Source of the DNA: an uncultured virus (IMG/VR IMGVR_UViG_3300042509_001296)
Taxonomy: Duplodnaviria > Heunggongvirae > Uroviricota > Caudoviricetes
Reading direction: 5' to 3' (one strand)
Virus record (IMG/VR): IMGVR_UViG_3300042509_001296
DNA length: 64,000 nt
In this document: in pieces, positions 1 to 7,354 of the stretch
How positions within the stretch are numbered: position 1 is the first letter of the stretch
Layout: every line of letters begins with the position of its first letter
Translations under genes and position numbers: made by a program
Notes under the pieces: generated by a model
Seen by the model: the letters and a program-made list of their open reading frames with translations, nothing else
Databases searched by the model: none
What the model was told of the DNA's origin: nothing

Positions 1-190
1 TGTCCGGGTCACCAGATATGAGCAACTGCCTGAAGTCATCCCATGGGTTTGCGTCTACGTCATTGGTCATGGCGTAGGGAGCATCGAACACCATGCCCAA
101 GGCATAGTCTTTAGGGTTAGCCCCAAGTCCAGCCCTTTTGAACTCTTGGCCGACTACGTTCGTCAGTGTGTTGAGCGTGGGGTCAGACAT
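1..190 (-). CDS. Hypothetical protein, partial (runs off window start)
   Basis: ATG at 190 overlaps the end of 183..1316; frame stays open to position 1 (MSDPTLNTLTNVVGQEFK...). Confidence 0.6.
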   Translation of the reverse strand, partial: MSDPTLNTLTNVVGQEFKRAGLGANPKDYALGMVFDAPYAMTNDVDANPWDDFRQLLISGDPD

Positions 191-1316
191 TGGGGTACTT
201 CGGGTGTCCGGTGTTCATGCTGCCGCCACGAAACAGGCCTTGCTTAAGGGCTTCCATCCAATCGTCCGGGTCGGGGGATGGGGCATTGAAGAGTTGGTTT
301 AGGCTCCTCTGCCTTCTGGCGTGGCCGGTTGCAGGCTGACCAGCGCGTGGCCCGTACTGGAAGATGGGGTCACTCTTGGGAGGCTCGGCATTCAGAAGCG
401 TGTCAAACAACGACTCTAGGTAGCCAGAATCTCGCTTGCCCCCACGGATGGCGTTCTGGTCCCACCCCCACATCACCATGTCAGCCAAGACTTCGTCCTG
501 AGCCGTCTTGTCTGACTCGGGGTTGTATCTCTCCATGAGGTCAAACATGGTCATCTGGGCGTCTTCGTCGCCCGCATTTACTGCCCGCCGGAAGTCTGGC
601 TGGGCGGAAATGTGGCCTATGACCGCCGCACTGTCCGGGTGCAGGGAGTCTAGGTGCCGCTTGTCGATGACTCGCTCCATGCTGGGCCTGTCGCCAGACA
701 GCAGGTGGGCATGGGCAAACTCGTGTGTGTAGACATCGGGGGCAAGCCGCGTGGCAGACCGTGGCATATACAAGAACCGCGAGTCGGGCCAGTTGTAGCC
801 ATCGGCTCCGTCTGGGGCTGCGTCCCCGTGAACCAAGTAGTTGGGCCGCTTGAGATGCTTCTCTGGGTCATCAAGGATTTGGCCAGCAAACGGCTGGCTT
901 CTTGCCCCCGGCTGGTTGTACTTGATGAAGTTCTCGGCAATCTGGCCTGCCTGCTCCGCTCCATACAGGGCTTTAAGTCCTTGGAGGGAGTTGAACTTAG
1001 AGACCGAAGCCACCTGACGCCCATCTACGTTCGGGATCGTCATCGGCTTGGCGACAGAGTACGAGGGGATAGAGCCAAACGGCCCTGAGGCAACCCGCGT
1101 GTCTACCTTCCCGATAGCCTTGGCTTCGTCATAAAGGCGGCCCATGTTCCGCCGAAGGCCCTTCTGGATGTAGTTGGGGTCAGATGCCGCCGACTGCATC
1201 GGCATATCTGGGTCATCGGGCATTGAGCCAGCGATGTCGGCCTCGTTAGATCTGCGAATGAGGCCGCCTAGGTATGCGGGAATGTTGTACTTAACGGGCC
1301 TAGGGATACCGCCCAT
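183..1316 (-). CDS. Hypothetical protein with zincin-like HExxH motif, possibly virion-associated
   Basis: 377-aa ORF; YTHEFAHAH motif; GGAG upstream; downstream of a GACATAAA motif. Confidence 0.6.
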   Translation of the reverse strand: MGGIPRPVKYNIPAYLGGLIRRSNEADIAGSMPDDPDMPMQSAASDPNYIQKGLRRNMGRLYDEAKAIGKVDTRVASGPFGSIPSYSVAKPMTIPNVDGRQVASVSKFNSLQGLKALYGAEQAGQIAENFIKYNQPGARSQPFAGQILDDPEKHLKRPNYLVHGDAAPDGADGYNWPDSRFLYMPRSATRLAPDVYTHEFAHAHLLSGDRPSMERVIDKRHLDSLHPDSAAVIGHISAQPDFRRAVNAGDEDAQMTMFDLMERYNPESDKTAQDEVLADMVMWGWDQNAIRGGKRDSGYLESLFDTLLNAEPPKSDPIFQYGPRAGQPATGHARRQRSLNQLFNAPSPDPDDWMEALKQGLFRGGSMNTGHPKYPNV

Positions 1317-1319
1317 GCC

Positions 1320-1463
1320 TTACTCCCTATCCTTTCGGAACTTCTCCACGATCCAGAAGGCCACGCACATCCCTACGGCAATACCGTGGAACAGACCGAC
1401 CAAGACGAGAAAGCCAATGACGATGGTGGCTGCGTCGTTGGCACCCTTACAGAACTCTTCCAT
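1320..1463 (-). CDS. Small membrane protein (47 aa)
   Basis: Hand-translated MEEFCKGANDAATIVIGFLVLVGLFHGIAVGMCVAFWIVEKFRKDRE; ATG 7 nt after GACATAAA; stop 3 nt before next ATG. Confidence 0.6.
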   Translation of the reverse strand: MEEFCKGANDAATIVIGFLVLVGLFHGIAVGMCVAFWIVEKFRKDRE

Positions 1464-1470
1464 GAAGGGC

Positions 1471-1478
1471 TTTATGTC
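1471..1478 (-). promoter_or_regulatory. Putative late promoter motif GACATAAA
   Basis: Same octamer before genes at 3830(+), 18337(-), 35907(-), 53326(-), 56379(-). Confidence 0.55.
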
Positions 1479-1802
1479 GCCCGCCGCCGGTTACGAAACC
1501 TCGGAACTTGTGGAGATGGACCTAGGTTCTGTAACCCAACTGTCGCTATAAGGGGCAGGGTCTTTGGAGGGGTTTTGGGTCCAAAGCAGGGTGGGTGATA
1601 TGAACCTGTTCATAACTGAGGGTGTGGATAGGTGTGAATGGATAGAGGTGACCCCGGTTTTGAAACTAGGAAAAAATCCAAGGGCGGAACGTGATCTATA
1701 TGCTCGGGCGGAAAGGGGCGGGCGGGCCCATGAACTAAGAGACAAGTCTCTTAGTCACGCGCGTCTAACTTAGGAGGCGATACCGCAATGAACACAGTCG
1801 GC

Positions 1803-1942
1803 CCCTCCTTAAGGAGGGAGAGCAAACCTCGCTGACAACCACTACTTCGTAGTGAATCCCGGCCAAAACCACTGCCTAACCACCCACTACTAACGTAGTG
1901 GAGGGCCAGAAGCCATGGTTGACCACCACTACTAACGTAGTG
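1803..1942. repeat. Palindrome CCCTCCTTAAGGAGGG plus three CACTAC-N3/4-GTAGTG mini-hairpins
   Basis: Palindrome 1803-1818; hairpins 1840-1854, 1885-1900, 1927-1942. Confidence 0.85.
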
Positions 1943-2025
1943 AAGCCCGGTTGGTCTGGTTGCCTCGCGGGAGAATCTAACGCGGGTTACATCACACCCG
2001 TAGAACTCTCCGCACGCCCACATGG

Positions 2026-2050
2026 CCCCCTTCGGGGGATCGGCCAGTTG
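2026..2050 (+). promoter_or_regulatory. Early-region element, mini-hairpin + GGGATCGGCCAGTTG (copy 1)
   Basis: CCCCC-TTC-GGGGG-ATCGGCCAGTTG; four intergenic copies. Confidence 0.7.
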
Positions 2051-2100
2051 TAGGGTGTCGCCGGTCGGTCAGCCGGGACGATCCCCTTGGAGCGATTGCC

Positions 2101-2361
2101 ATGCTCGCCGTTCAAGACTTCTCGTGTGCCAACACTCGGCCGGTGCCTTACCCGTACATTGAAACCCTTCGCCGGGAGACTTTCGGGGAAGATGTTTCTA
2201 CCTCCAATGAAGGCTATGCCGTCTTTCACTGGGAGGACGTTATTTGGCGGATCAACCGGGAATACTTTCCTTCCATTGCCGCCGTCATGGATGACCCGGA
2301 AGTGATCTGGGCGGGAGTTGACCCCCTTCCCCCTATCGACTTGTCCGAACTCGATTGGTGA
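2101..2361 (+). CDS. Hypothetical early protein
   Basis: 86 aa, GGAG RBS, followed by a hairpin. Confidence 0.65.
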   Translation: MLAVQDFSCANTRPVPYPYIETLRRETFGEDVSTSNEGYAVFHWEDVIWRINREYFPSIAAVMDDPEVIWAGVDPLPPIDLSELDW

Positions 2362-2368
2362 ACCCTTA

Positions 2369-2403
2369 CCCCCTAGGGCCGAAAGGCCTTAGGGGGTTTT
2401 TTT
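2369..2403 (+). terminator. Intrinsic terminator-like hairpin
   Basis: 12-bp stem, GAAA loop, T7. Confidence 0.8.
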
Positions 2404-2454
2404 GTCGGCAGTCTGGTCAGTCCCCAAGATTACCCGTGGGTAGCACCCGCGTGG

Positions 2455-2479
2455 CCCTCTTCGAGGGATCGGCCAGTTG
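2455..2479 (+). promoter_or_regulatory. Early-region element (copy 2)
   Basis: CCCTC-TTC-GAGGG-ATCGGCCAGTTG; compensatory T-A pair in the stem. Confidence 0.7.
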
Positions 2480-2546
2480 TTGGATGTCGGTTGGCCGCTG
2501 TTGGCCCCCGGCTTTGCTCTCGTGATCCCTCTTTGGAGATTCTCTC

Positions 2547-2852
2547 ATGGCTCTTGATTGCTCGGCTTTCCCCAAGACCACCCTTGCCACCATGCTGAAG
2601 CAGGATGCTTTCAAGGAGCATCACGAGGCCATCAAGGCCTTCCTTGCCCCTAAGCCGAAGGACTTCACTCCGGCTGCCGACAAGGTTCAGTGGCGGTCCA
2701 AGGTTTCTTCGATGTCAACGTCGTTCTATCCCTCTGGGAAGAACGGGGCCTACCTTCGGATCGAACTCAATCAGGGCAATGGTTGTGTGAAGGCCAATGC
2801 TCTGGACGAACTGATTGCCCACCTGACCGACGTTCGCAAGAAGATGGCCTGA
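2547..2852 (+). CDS. Hypothetical early protein
   Basis: 101 aa, GGAG RBS. Confidence 0.7.
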   Translation: MALDCSAFPKTTLATMLKQDAFKEHHEAIKAFLAPKPKDFTPAADKVQWRSKVSSMSTSFYPSGKNGAYLRIELNQGNGCVKANALDELIAHLTDVRKKMA

Positions 2853-2867
2853 CCGGCCTAAGTCTTA

Positions 2868-2911
2868 CCCCCTTGGTTCAGCCCTAACGGGTTGGGCCAA
2901 GGGGGTTTTTT
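2868..2911 (+). terminator. Terminator-like hairpin, TCAG/TTGG type
   Basis: 17-bp stem, TAAC loop, T6. Confidence 0.8.
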
Positions 2912-2956
2912 GTTGCCACTTCGGCAAGTGTTTCCCCTATCCACAAGGGCTATCCC

Positions 2957-3151
2957 ATGAAGGCTTTCCAGTTCTTTCACACTGTCGCAAACCTTGTTTC
3001 CAAGGTCGCTGATCGTCCCCTGAGGGATGTCGATCCTGAGGCCAATGTCTTGGCCTTCTACGATGAGGGGGCCGAAGTGAGTGACCAAGTATTGGCCGCT
3101 CGTGAGTGTGCCCTAACCATTCTGTTTGAGAATGGCTACGAAGTTGAGTGA
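2957..3151 (+). CDS. Hypothetical early protein
   Basis: 64 aa between two hairpins. Confidence 0.65.
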   Translation: MKAFQFFHTVANLVSKVADRPLRDVDPEANVLAFYDEGAEVSDQVLAARECALTILFENGYEVE

Positions 3152-3161
3152 TCCCAAGATT

Positions 3162-3198
3162 CCCCGGTCAGCCCTTCAAGGGTTGGCCGGGGTTTTTT
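3162..3198 (+). terminator. Terminator-like hairpin, TCAG/TTGG type
   Basis: CCCCGGTCAGCCC...GGGTTGGCCGGGG-T6. Confidence 0.8.
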
Positions 3199-3228
3199 GT
3201 TGTTCGACTACCCCCTAAGGAGTTTGCC

Positions 3229-3504
3229 ATGGGCGATTGGGAATCAATGACGGCCCTTCAAGCCAGCAGGCTGAATGACACTCTTGAGGAGAATGTCAGG
3301 CTTGCGGAAAAGGTCAGTGGACTTGAGGCCGACAAACAAGACCTTGTGAACACAATCCGAAGGCTTGAAAGGCAAGTCCGTGACCTTAAGGACTTGGACT
3401 CAAACTCTGACGAGCGGGATCGGGATTACTGCGCACAAATCCGTTCCCTTGCTTCCCAAGTTGAGATTCTCAAGGAGATCATCAAGGAATCCATTGACCG
3501 GTGA
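3229..3504 (+). CDS. Coiled-coil hypothetical protein
   Basis: AAGGAG RBS, ATG 3229; Leu/Glu heptad-like pattern. Confidence 0.7.
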   Translation: MGDWESMTALQASRLNDTLEENVRLAEKVSGLEADKQDLVNTIRRLERQVRDLKDLDSNSDERDRDYCAQIRSLASQVEILKEIIKESIDR

Positions 3505-3511
3505 CCACAAG

Positions 3512-3549
3512 CCCCTTGTCAGTCCTACGGGATTGGCAAGGGGTTTTTT
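3512..3549 (+). terminator. Terminator-like hairpin, TCAG/TTGG type
   Basis: CCCCTTGTCAGTCC-TACG-GGATTGGCAAGGGG-T6. Confidence 0.8.
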
Positions 3550-3580
3550 GTTGTCCCTTCACCCCCTACGGAGTTAGCCC

Positions 3581-3772
3581 ATGGAACGAGCCATGCAAAC
3601 CTTGAACGTGGCCGACAAGACAATCGAGGTGAGGACGCTCACTGAGAAAAAGACAGGCAAAGTCTTGTGGCTGGCCTACTTGGTGGACAAGCCGAACAAT
3701 CGAGAGATGAGGCTTTGTTGCCGGGACAATCGGAAGGATTGTCTGGACTTCGTAGATCGGTTCACGGGCTAA
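3581..3772 (+). CDS. Hypothetical early protein
   Basis: 63 aa, GGAG RBS. Confidence 0.65.
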   Translation: MERAMQTLNVADKTIEVRTLTEKKTGKVLWLAYLVDKPNNREMRLCCRDNRKDCLDFVDRFTG

Positions 3773-3778
3773 GACTTA

Positions 3779-3821
3779 CCCCGGTAGTCAGGGATTTACT
3801 CCTTGGCTGCCGGGGTTTTTT
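3779..3821 (+). terminator. Terminator-like hairpin, TCAG/TTGG type
   Basis: CCCCGGTAGTCAGGGA...TCCTTGGCTGCCGGGG-T6. Confidence 0.8.
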
Positions 3822-3859
3822 CGTTGGAGGACATAAACCCCTGCAAAGGAGTCTTGCCC

Positions 3860-4075
3860 ATGATTTTCAAATCGCCGGGAGTGGCTAAGTCTGCCCCTAA
3901 GTCTGAAGTCCAAGCCTTAAGGGAGGAAGTTACTTCCCTGAGGCGTCAACTTTCAGAGCAAAAAGACTTGACCGCAGAGTATCGGAAACTTCACCAATCG
4001 GCCTCAATCCGCAAGCAGGAACTTTTTGGGGCCATCCGCAAACTTCATGGCTTTATTGAGGAGGTGATGGAGTGA
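3860..4075 (+). CDS. Coiled-coil hypothetical protein
   Basis: AAGGAG RBS, ATG 3860; preceded by GGACATAAA at 3829. Confidence 0.65.
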   Translation: MIFKSPGVAKSAPKSEVQALREEVTSLRRQLSEQKDLTAEYRKLHQSASIRKQELFGAIRKLHGFIEEVME

Positions 4076-4293
4076 GTGAACCTTGTGTCTTCTGTGGGGC
4101 TGAGATTGCCCCTGAGAGGGCCGATTTCCTGAGGGATGTCAGGAAGCCCATGAAATGTATGTCTTGCTCTGGAGAGCGTCCTAAGGCTGTCTTCATGGAG
4201 TATGGGCATAAGACTGCCGGGAGTCTTGTCGTGGTCGGCAATGACCCTGAACAAATAAGACTTGCCCGTAGAGCCTACAAACGAGAAAGGTGA
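4072..4293 (+). CDS. DksA/TraR-like C4 zinc-finger protein
   Basis: CxxCGAEIAPER...CxxC pattern. Confidence 0.6.
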   Translation: MSEPCVFCGAEIAPERADFLRDVRKPMKCMSCSGERPKAVFMEYGHKTAGSLVVVGNDPEQIRLARRAYKRER

Positions 4294-4297
4294 TTCC

Positions 4298-4453
4298 ATG
4301 ACCGAATGGCAGAGAGCATGGCGTTGGGTGACCAAGCCTTCAAAGAGAAGGAATAAGGCTTGGCTGAGAAAGCAAAACCACAGGGCTAACCGCAGGGTCG
4401 GCAAGACTCTCGATAGCCTTTACCAGCGGCTCGACAAGTATCAAGTGAACTGA
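4298..4453 (+). CDS. Small basic (Arg/Lys/Trp-rich) protein
   Basis: 51 aa, AAGGTG RBS. Confidence 0.55.
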   Translation: MTEWQRAWRWVTKPSKRRNKAWLRKQNHRANRRVGKTLDSLYQRLDKYQVN

Positions 4454-4469
4454 GTTCCCGCGTGGGCGG

Positions 4470-4494
4470 CCCCTAATCGGGGATCGGCCAGTTG
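4470..4494 (+). promoter_or_regulatory. Early-region element (copy 3)
   Basis: CCCC-TAATC-GGGG-ATCGGCCAGTTG. Confidence 0.7.
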
Positions 4495-4505
4495 GCGGTC
4501 AGTGG

Positions 4506-4550
4506 CCCCGGTTGGTCAGGGAATAACTCCTTGGCCAATCGGGGTTTTTT
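4506..4550 (+). terminator. Terminator-like hairpin, TCAG/TTGG type
   Basis: CCCCGGTTGGTCAGGGA...TCCTTGGCCAATCGGGG-T6. Confidence 0.75.
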
Positions 4551-4586
4551 CGTGTTTGTCCCTCCCCTTTCCACAGGAATCTCTCT

Positions 4587-5021
4587 ATGGCCGCTGAAGA
4601 TGATGTGTTTGCCGAACTGTTTGAAGAAATCATGACCGAGCCGGAAGTGGTTGCCACTGAAGTAGCCGACGAGCCGGAAGTAGTGGCAAGTAATGGCGAG
4701 AGCCGTGAAGCCCTGATTCAAAGCCTTGTGGTGGAGCCAGTGGTTGAGGCTGCCCCGAAGCCTGACCAAGTCCGCAAGGAATACAAGACAGTCGAGAAGG
4801 TCGAGATTGAAGGCTCGCCGCTGGCCACCAAGGTTTACCCCCTTGGCTATGCCACGCTGTCGGCCAATGGCTTCCGGTTCCAGAACAAACTCTGTGTCTA
4901 CCGGAAGGAACTCCGTGAGTTTGTGGACTTCATTCGGGACACGGCCAAGTCTGACCCTTGGCTGGCCTCTATGGAGTCTGCCGGTTTGCGTGATCGAGGC
5001 GAAGCCCGGAAGGAGGGCTGA
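4587..5021 (+). CDS. Hypothetical protein, acidic N-terminus
   Basis: 144 aa; EPEVVA duplicated. Confidence 0.7.
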   Translation: MAAEDDVFAELFEEIMTEPEVVATEVADEPEVVASNGESREALIQSLVVEPVVEAAPKPDQVRKEYKTVEKVEIEGSPLATKVYPLGYATLSANGFRFQNKLCVYRKELREFVDFIRDTAKSDPWLASMESAGLRDRGEARKEG

Positions 5022-5026
5022 GTCTT

Positions 5027-5104
5027 ATGGGGGCCGATGGATTTTGGTTCTTCGCTGGCTGCGTCATTACTTGGTTCGTAACTACCTTTTTGACCTTGGG
5101 GTGA
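5027..5104 (+). CDS. Possible 25-aa membrane peptide
   Basis: MGADGFWFFAGCVITWFVTTFLTLG after AGGAGG. Confidence 0.4.
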   Translation: MGADGFWFFAGCVITWFVTTFLTLG

Positions 5105-5109
5105 AGCCT

Positions 5110-5229
5110 ATGGACGATGGATTGCCGGAATCCCACTACGTTGAAGCCTATCTGGTTGATAAGCCTTGTGAGGTGATCGCTTGGATGGAGGACGTTGAAG
5201 CCTTCATCCACACCGAAGCCTATTCCTGA
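5110..5229 (+). CDS. Small acidic hypothetical protein
   Basis: 39 aa, ends before a hairpin. Confidence 0.45.
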   Translation: MDDGLPESHYVEAYLVDKPCEVIAWMEDVEAFIHTEAYS

Positions 5230-5240
5230 GCCTCCTGTGG

Positions 5241-5285
5241 CCCGGTCAGTCCTGAGGGAAACCTTGGGGCTGACCGGGTTTTTTT
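5241..5285 (+). terminator. Terminator-like hairpin
   Basis: CCCGGTCAG...CTGACCGGG-T7. Confidence 0.8.
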
Positions 5286-5295
5286 GTTGGTCCCG

Positions 5296-5509
5296 GGTCA
5301 AGGCCCCTAAGGGGTTCCGGCTTTCCAACCCGTCAAGTCGGCAGGGGAATCGAGGCCCATAAGACCTGAGGCTTCCCCCAATACTTCCCGGCGTCCCTTG
5401 GGAATACAGCCCAAAACCGCTTCTCAGGGTGAGGAAGTATTGGGGCGACTTGGCGGCCAACGCTTGGTTTTCTCGGTGATTTCTTGGTTTTTCGTCTGAA
5501 CTCTTGACC
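5296..5509 (+). ncRNA. Candidate structured non-coding element
   Basis: Nested inverted repeats including a perfect 13-bp pair 5376-5388/5433-5445. Confidence 0.35.
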
Positions 5510-5534
5510 ACCCTTTTAAGAAATGAGGAACGCC

Positions 5535-5630
5535 ATGTGCGAGTCCGACCACTGCGAGTCTTGTGGTTGCTTTCTCCACCTAGAGAACGTGACCACTTGC
5601 CCTGCCTGCAAGGAAGGAGATGAGGAATGA
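5535..5630 (+). CDS. Small zinc-ribbon protein (31 aa)
   Basis: MCESDHCESCGC...CPACKEGDEE; GAGG RBS; ATGA overlap with next gene. Confidence 0.55.
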   Translation: MCESDHCESCGCFLHLENVTTCPACKEGDEE

Positions 5631-6088
5631 GCGGAATGTGTTCGCTTGAGGAGTTGTCCAATCACTGCCAGAAGAGAGGGTTCCGGCCCATCTGCGATGG
5701 CGAGACTCGGGAAGAATATGCCCGTGAGTTTGGGGCTTGGCTGGCAGAAAGATTGACCATTGCCCCCGAAGTCTTAGGTCGGCTGAACGGAGAGTGGAAG
5801 GTTGGGGTCCGTAAGGGAATCCCGATTGTCTACACCGGAATCATGGACGTTGAAGGCTGGCAGTTGGTTTGCAAGCCCAATCATCTTCCGAACAGCGATG
5901 ACAGTGTTGAGACAGTGGCCAACATGATTGCGGCTGCCCCCAATCTGTGGATGGCTTGCCGGGGGATTCTGCGGGTTCTCAAGAGTGGGCCGCCAGTGGA
6001 TGAAGCCTTCTGCCCCACGGAAGAACTCGTTGAGGCAATGCAGGAGATCGAAGAAGCATTGGCCAAGGCCGATGGAGGTAAAGCATGA
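5627..6088 (+). CDS. Phage protein with IAAAP...AKA.G C-terminal motif
   Basis: ANMIAAAPNL...ALAKADG; similar to 8491..8763. Confidence 0.7.
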   Translation: MSGMCSLEELSNHCQKRGFRPICDGETREEYAREFGAWLAERLTIAPEVLGRLNGEWKVGVRKGIPIVYTGIMDVEGWQLVCKPNHLPNSDDSVETVANMIAAAPNLWMACRGILRVLKSGPPVDEAFCPTEELVEAMQEIEEALAKADGGKA

Positions 6089-6348
6089 CCCCAGAAGACT
6101 TGACCGACGCCCAAGTACGTCAGGCTCTTGCCGGGATGTACCAAAAGTTGACCGCCGATGACCTCAAGGCCTTGAACGACCTGAGGAACAGAGGCTTTGC
6201 CGTCTGTGTCTTTACCCCTGAAGAGTTGGAAAAGGGGAAGTGCAGCCGCAAGGTGATGGAAGAAATCCTTACCGAGTCGGGCAACGAGATTCTTGTTGAC
6301 CTCGATGCCGTTACGACTTGGCGAAACCCTGAGGACCACAAGGAATGA
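6085..6348 (+). CDS. Hypothetical protein (LRxRGFA motif)
   Basis: Similar to 8756..8959; ATGA coupling. Confidence 0.7.
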   Translation: MTPEDLTDAQVRQALAGMYQKLTADDLKALNDLRNRGFAVCVFTPEELEKGKCSRKVMEEILTESGNEILVDLDAVTTWRNPEDHKE

Positions 6349-7250
6349 CAGCCCACGAAATCAAGGTTGATGGCTCCGGCAAGGATGGCCTCTTGGCCTT
6401 CTGGGAGCCGAGCGAGATTGCAATCAGTGACCTTGTCCGTGCCCTCAAGGCAATCGACAAGGAAGGCCTTCTTCCTAAGGCCTCAGTGGCTAAGTCTGCT
6501 CTGAAGTATTCCCTTCAGGCTTTCTTGGCTCGCTCGGGGCTCAAGGTTCGGGGCAACACCCCGGAAGTATTCCCTCTGGCCCCTGAAGTAGTGGGCTATG
6601 AGGCACGGCGAATGAATCGTGGTACTGAGCAGAACGAGCCTGAGTTTGTTCTGTCAGTGGTGGCCGACGCCAATGGTGAAGTCACCATTCCACGGTATGA
6701 CTCGATGATTCTGCCCCAGTTGGACTCGAAGAAGGACAAGGCCGAGGAAATCCTCTCCCATGTCTTCGCTTCCCGGTCCAAGGTATTCCCGACCGAGATG
6801 GCTTCGGCCTGCATCGCCAAGGTTATTCAGTCCCTTGGTGGCATCCTTGTTCGGAAGACCGGCGGTAACTACTTCGTCCCCGAGAAGTCTATCGAGGCTT
6901 TCGAGGTTTTCGCCACTGAACTCGATGCCTCACAGGGCAGCAAGCCTGAGATCGTGACCTATAGGTTCCCCCTTAAGGCCAATGATCGCTCCTTCAAGTC
7001 AGTCCTTAGGGCTGTCCAAGGAGAGGCTCGTGACCGGCTGGCCGCTGTTGAGGCTGAACTTTCAAGCCTTGGCAGCAAGAAGCAGCGGAGTGATGGCAAG
7101 CAGGGAAGGACTGACGAGGTCCACAAGGTTAGCCAGTTGCTCAAGGACTATCAGGAAATCCTTGGGGTGAGCCTCAAGGAATATCAGGACATGGCTGACA
7201 AGGTTGCCGCTGCGGTCAGTGTCCACAACGCTCTTGATTGGTGTGCTTAG
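6345..7250 (+). CDS. DUF3150/DUF6744-like protein
   Basis: 301 aa; GG.YFVP motif and helical C-terminus; next to AAA/vWA genes. Confidence 0.55.
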   Translation: MTAHEIKVDGSGKDGLLAFWEPSEIAISDLVRALKAIDKEGLLPKASVAKSALKYSLQAFLARSGLKVRGNTPEVFPLAPEVVGYEARRMNRGTEQNEPEFVLSVVADANGEVTIPRYDSMILPQLDSKKDKAEEILSHVFASRSKVFPTEMASACIAKVIQSLGGILVRKTGGNYFVPEKSIEAFEVFATELDASQGSKPEIVTYRFPLKANDRSFKSVLRAVQGEARDRLAAVEAELSSLGSKKQRSDGKQGRTDEVHKVSQLLKDYQEILGVSLKEYQDMADKVAAAVSVHNALDWCA

Positions 7251-7276
7251 TACCTAACGGGATACACGCACAGGAA

Positions 7277-7301
7277 CCCCCTATCGGGGATCGGCCAGTT
7301 G
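7277..7301 (+). promoter_or_regulatory. Early-region element (copy 4)
   Basis: CCCCC-TATC-GGGG-ATCGGCCAGTTG upstream of the AAA gene. Confidence 0.7.
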
Positions 7302-7354
7302 TCGGATGGCGGCGACGGCCACCCCACCCCACCACCACAGAAAGACAAACACGA

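Noticed and set aside
1491..2023. Short ORFs in the divergent control region
   Set aside because: They overlap repeats and palindromes and lack RBS or protein-like composition.
2360..5290. CRISPR array or classical integron attC array
   Set aside because: Repeats are not identical, spacers are whole genes of variable length, stems have plus-strand G-U pairs and T-tracts typical of RNA, and no RYYYAAC/GTTRRRY boxes or cas genes were seen.
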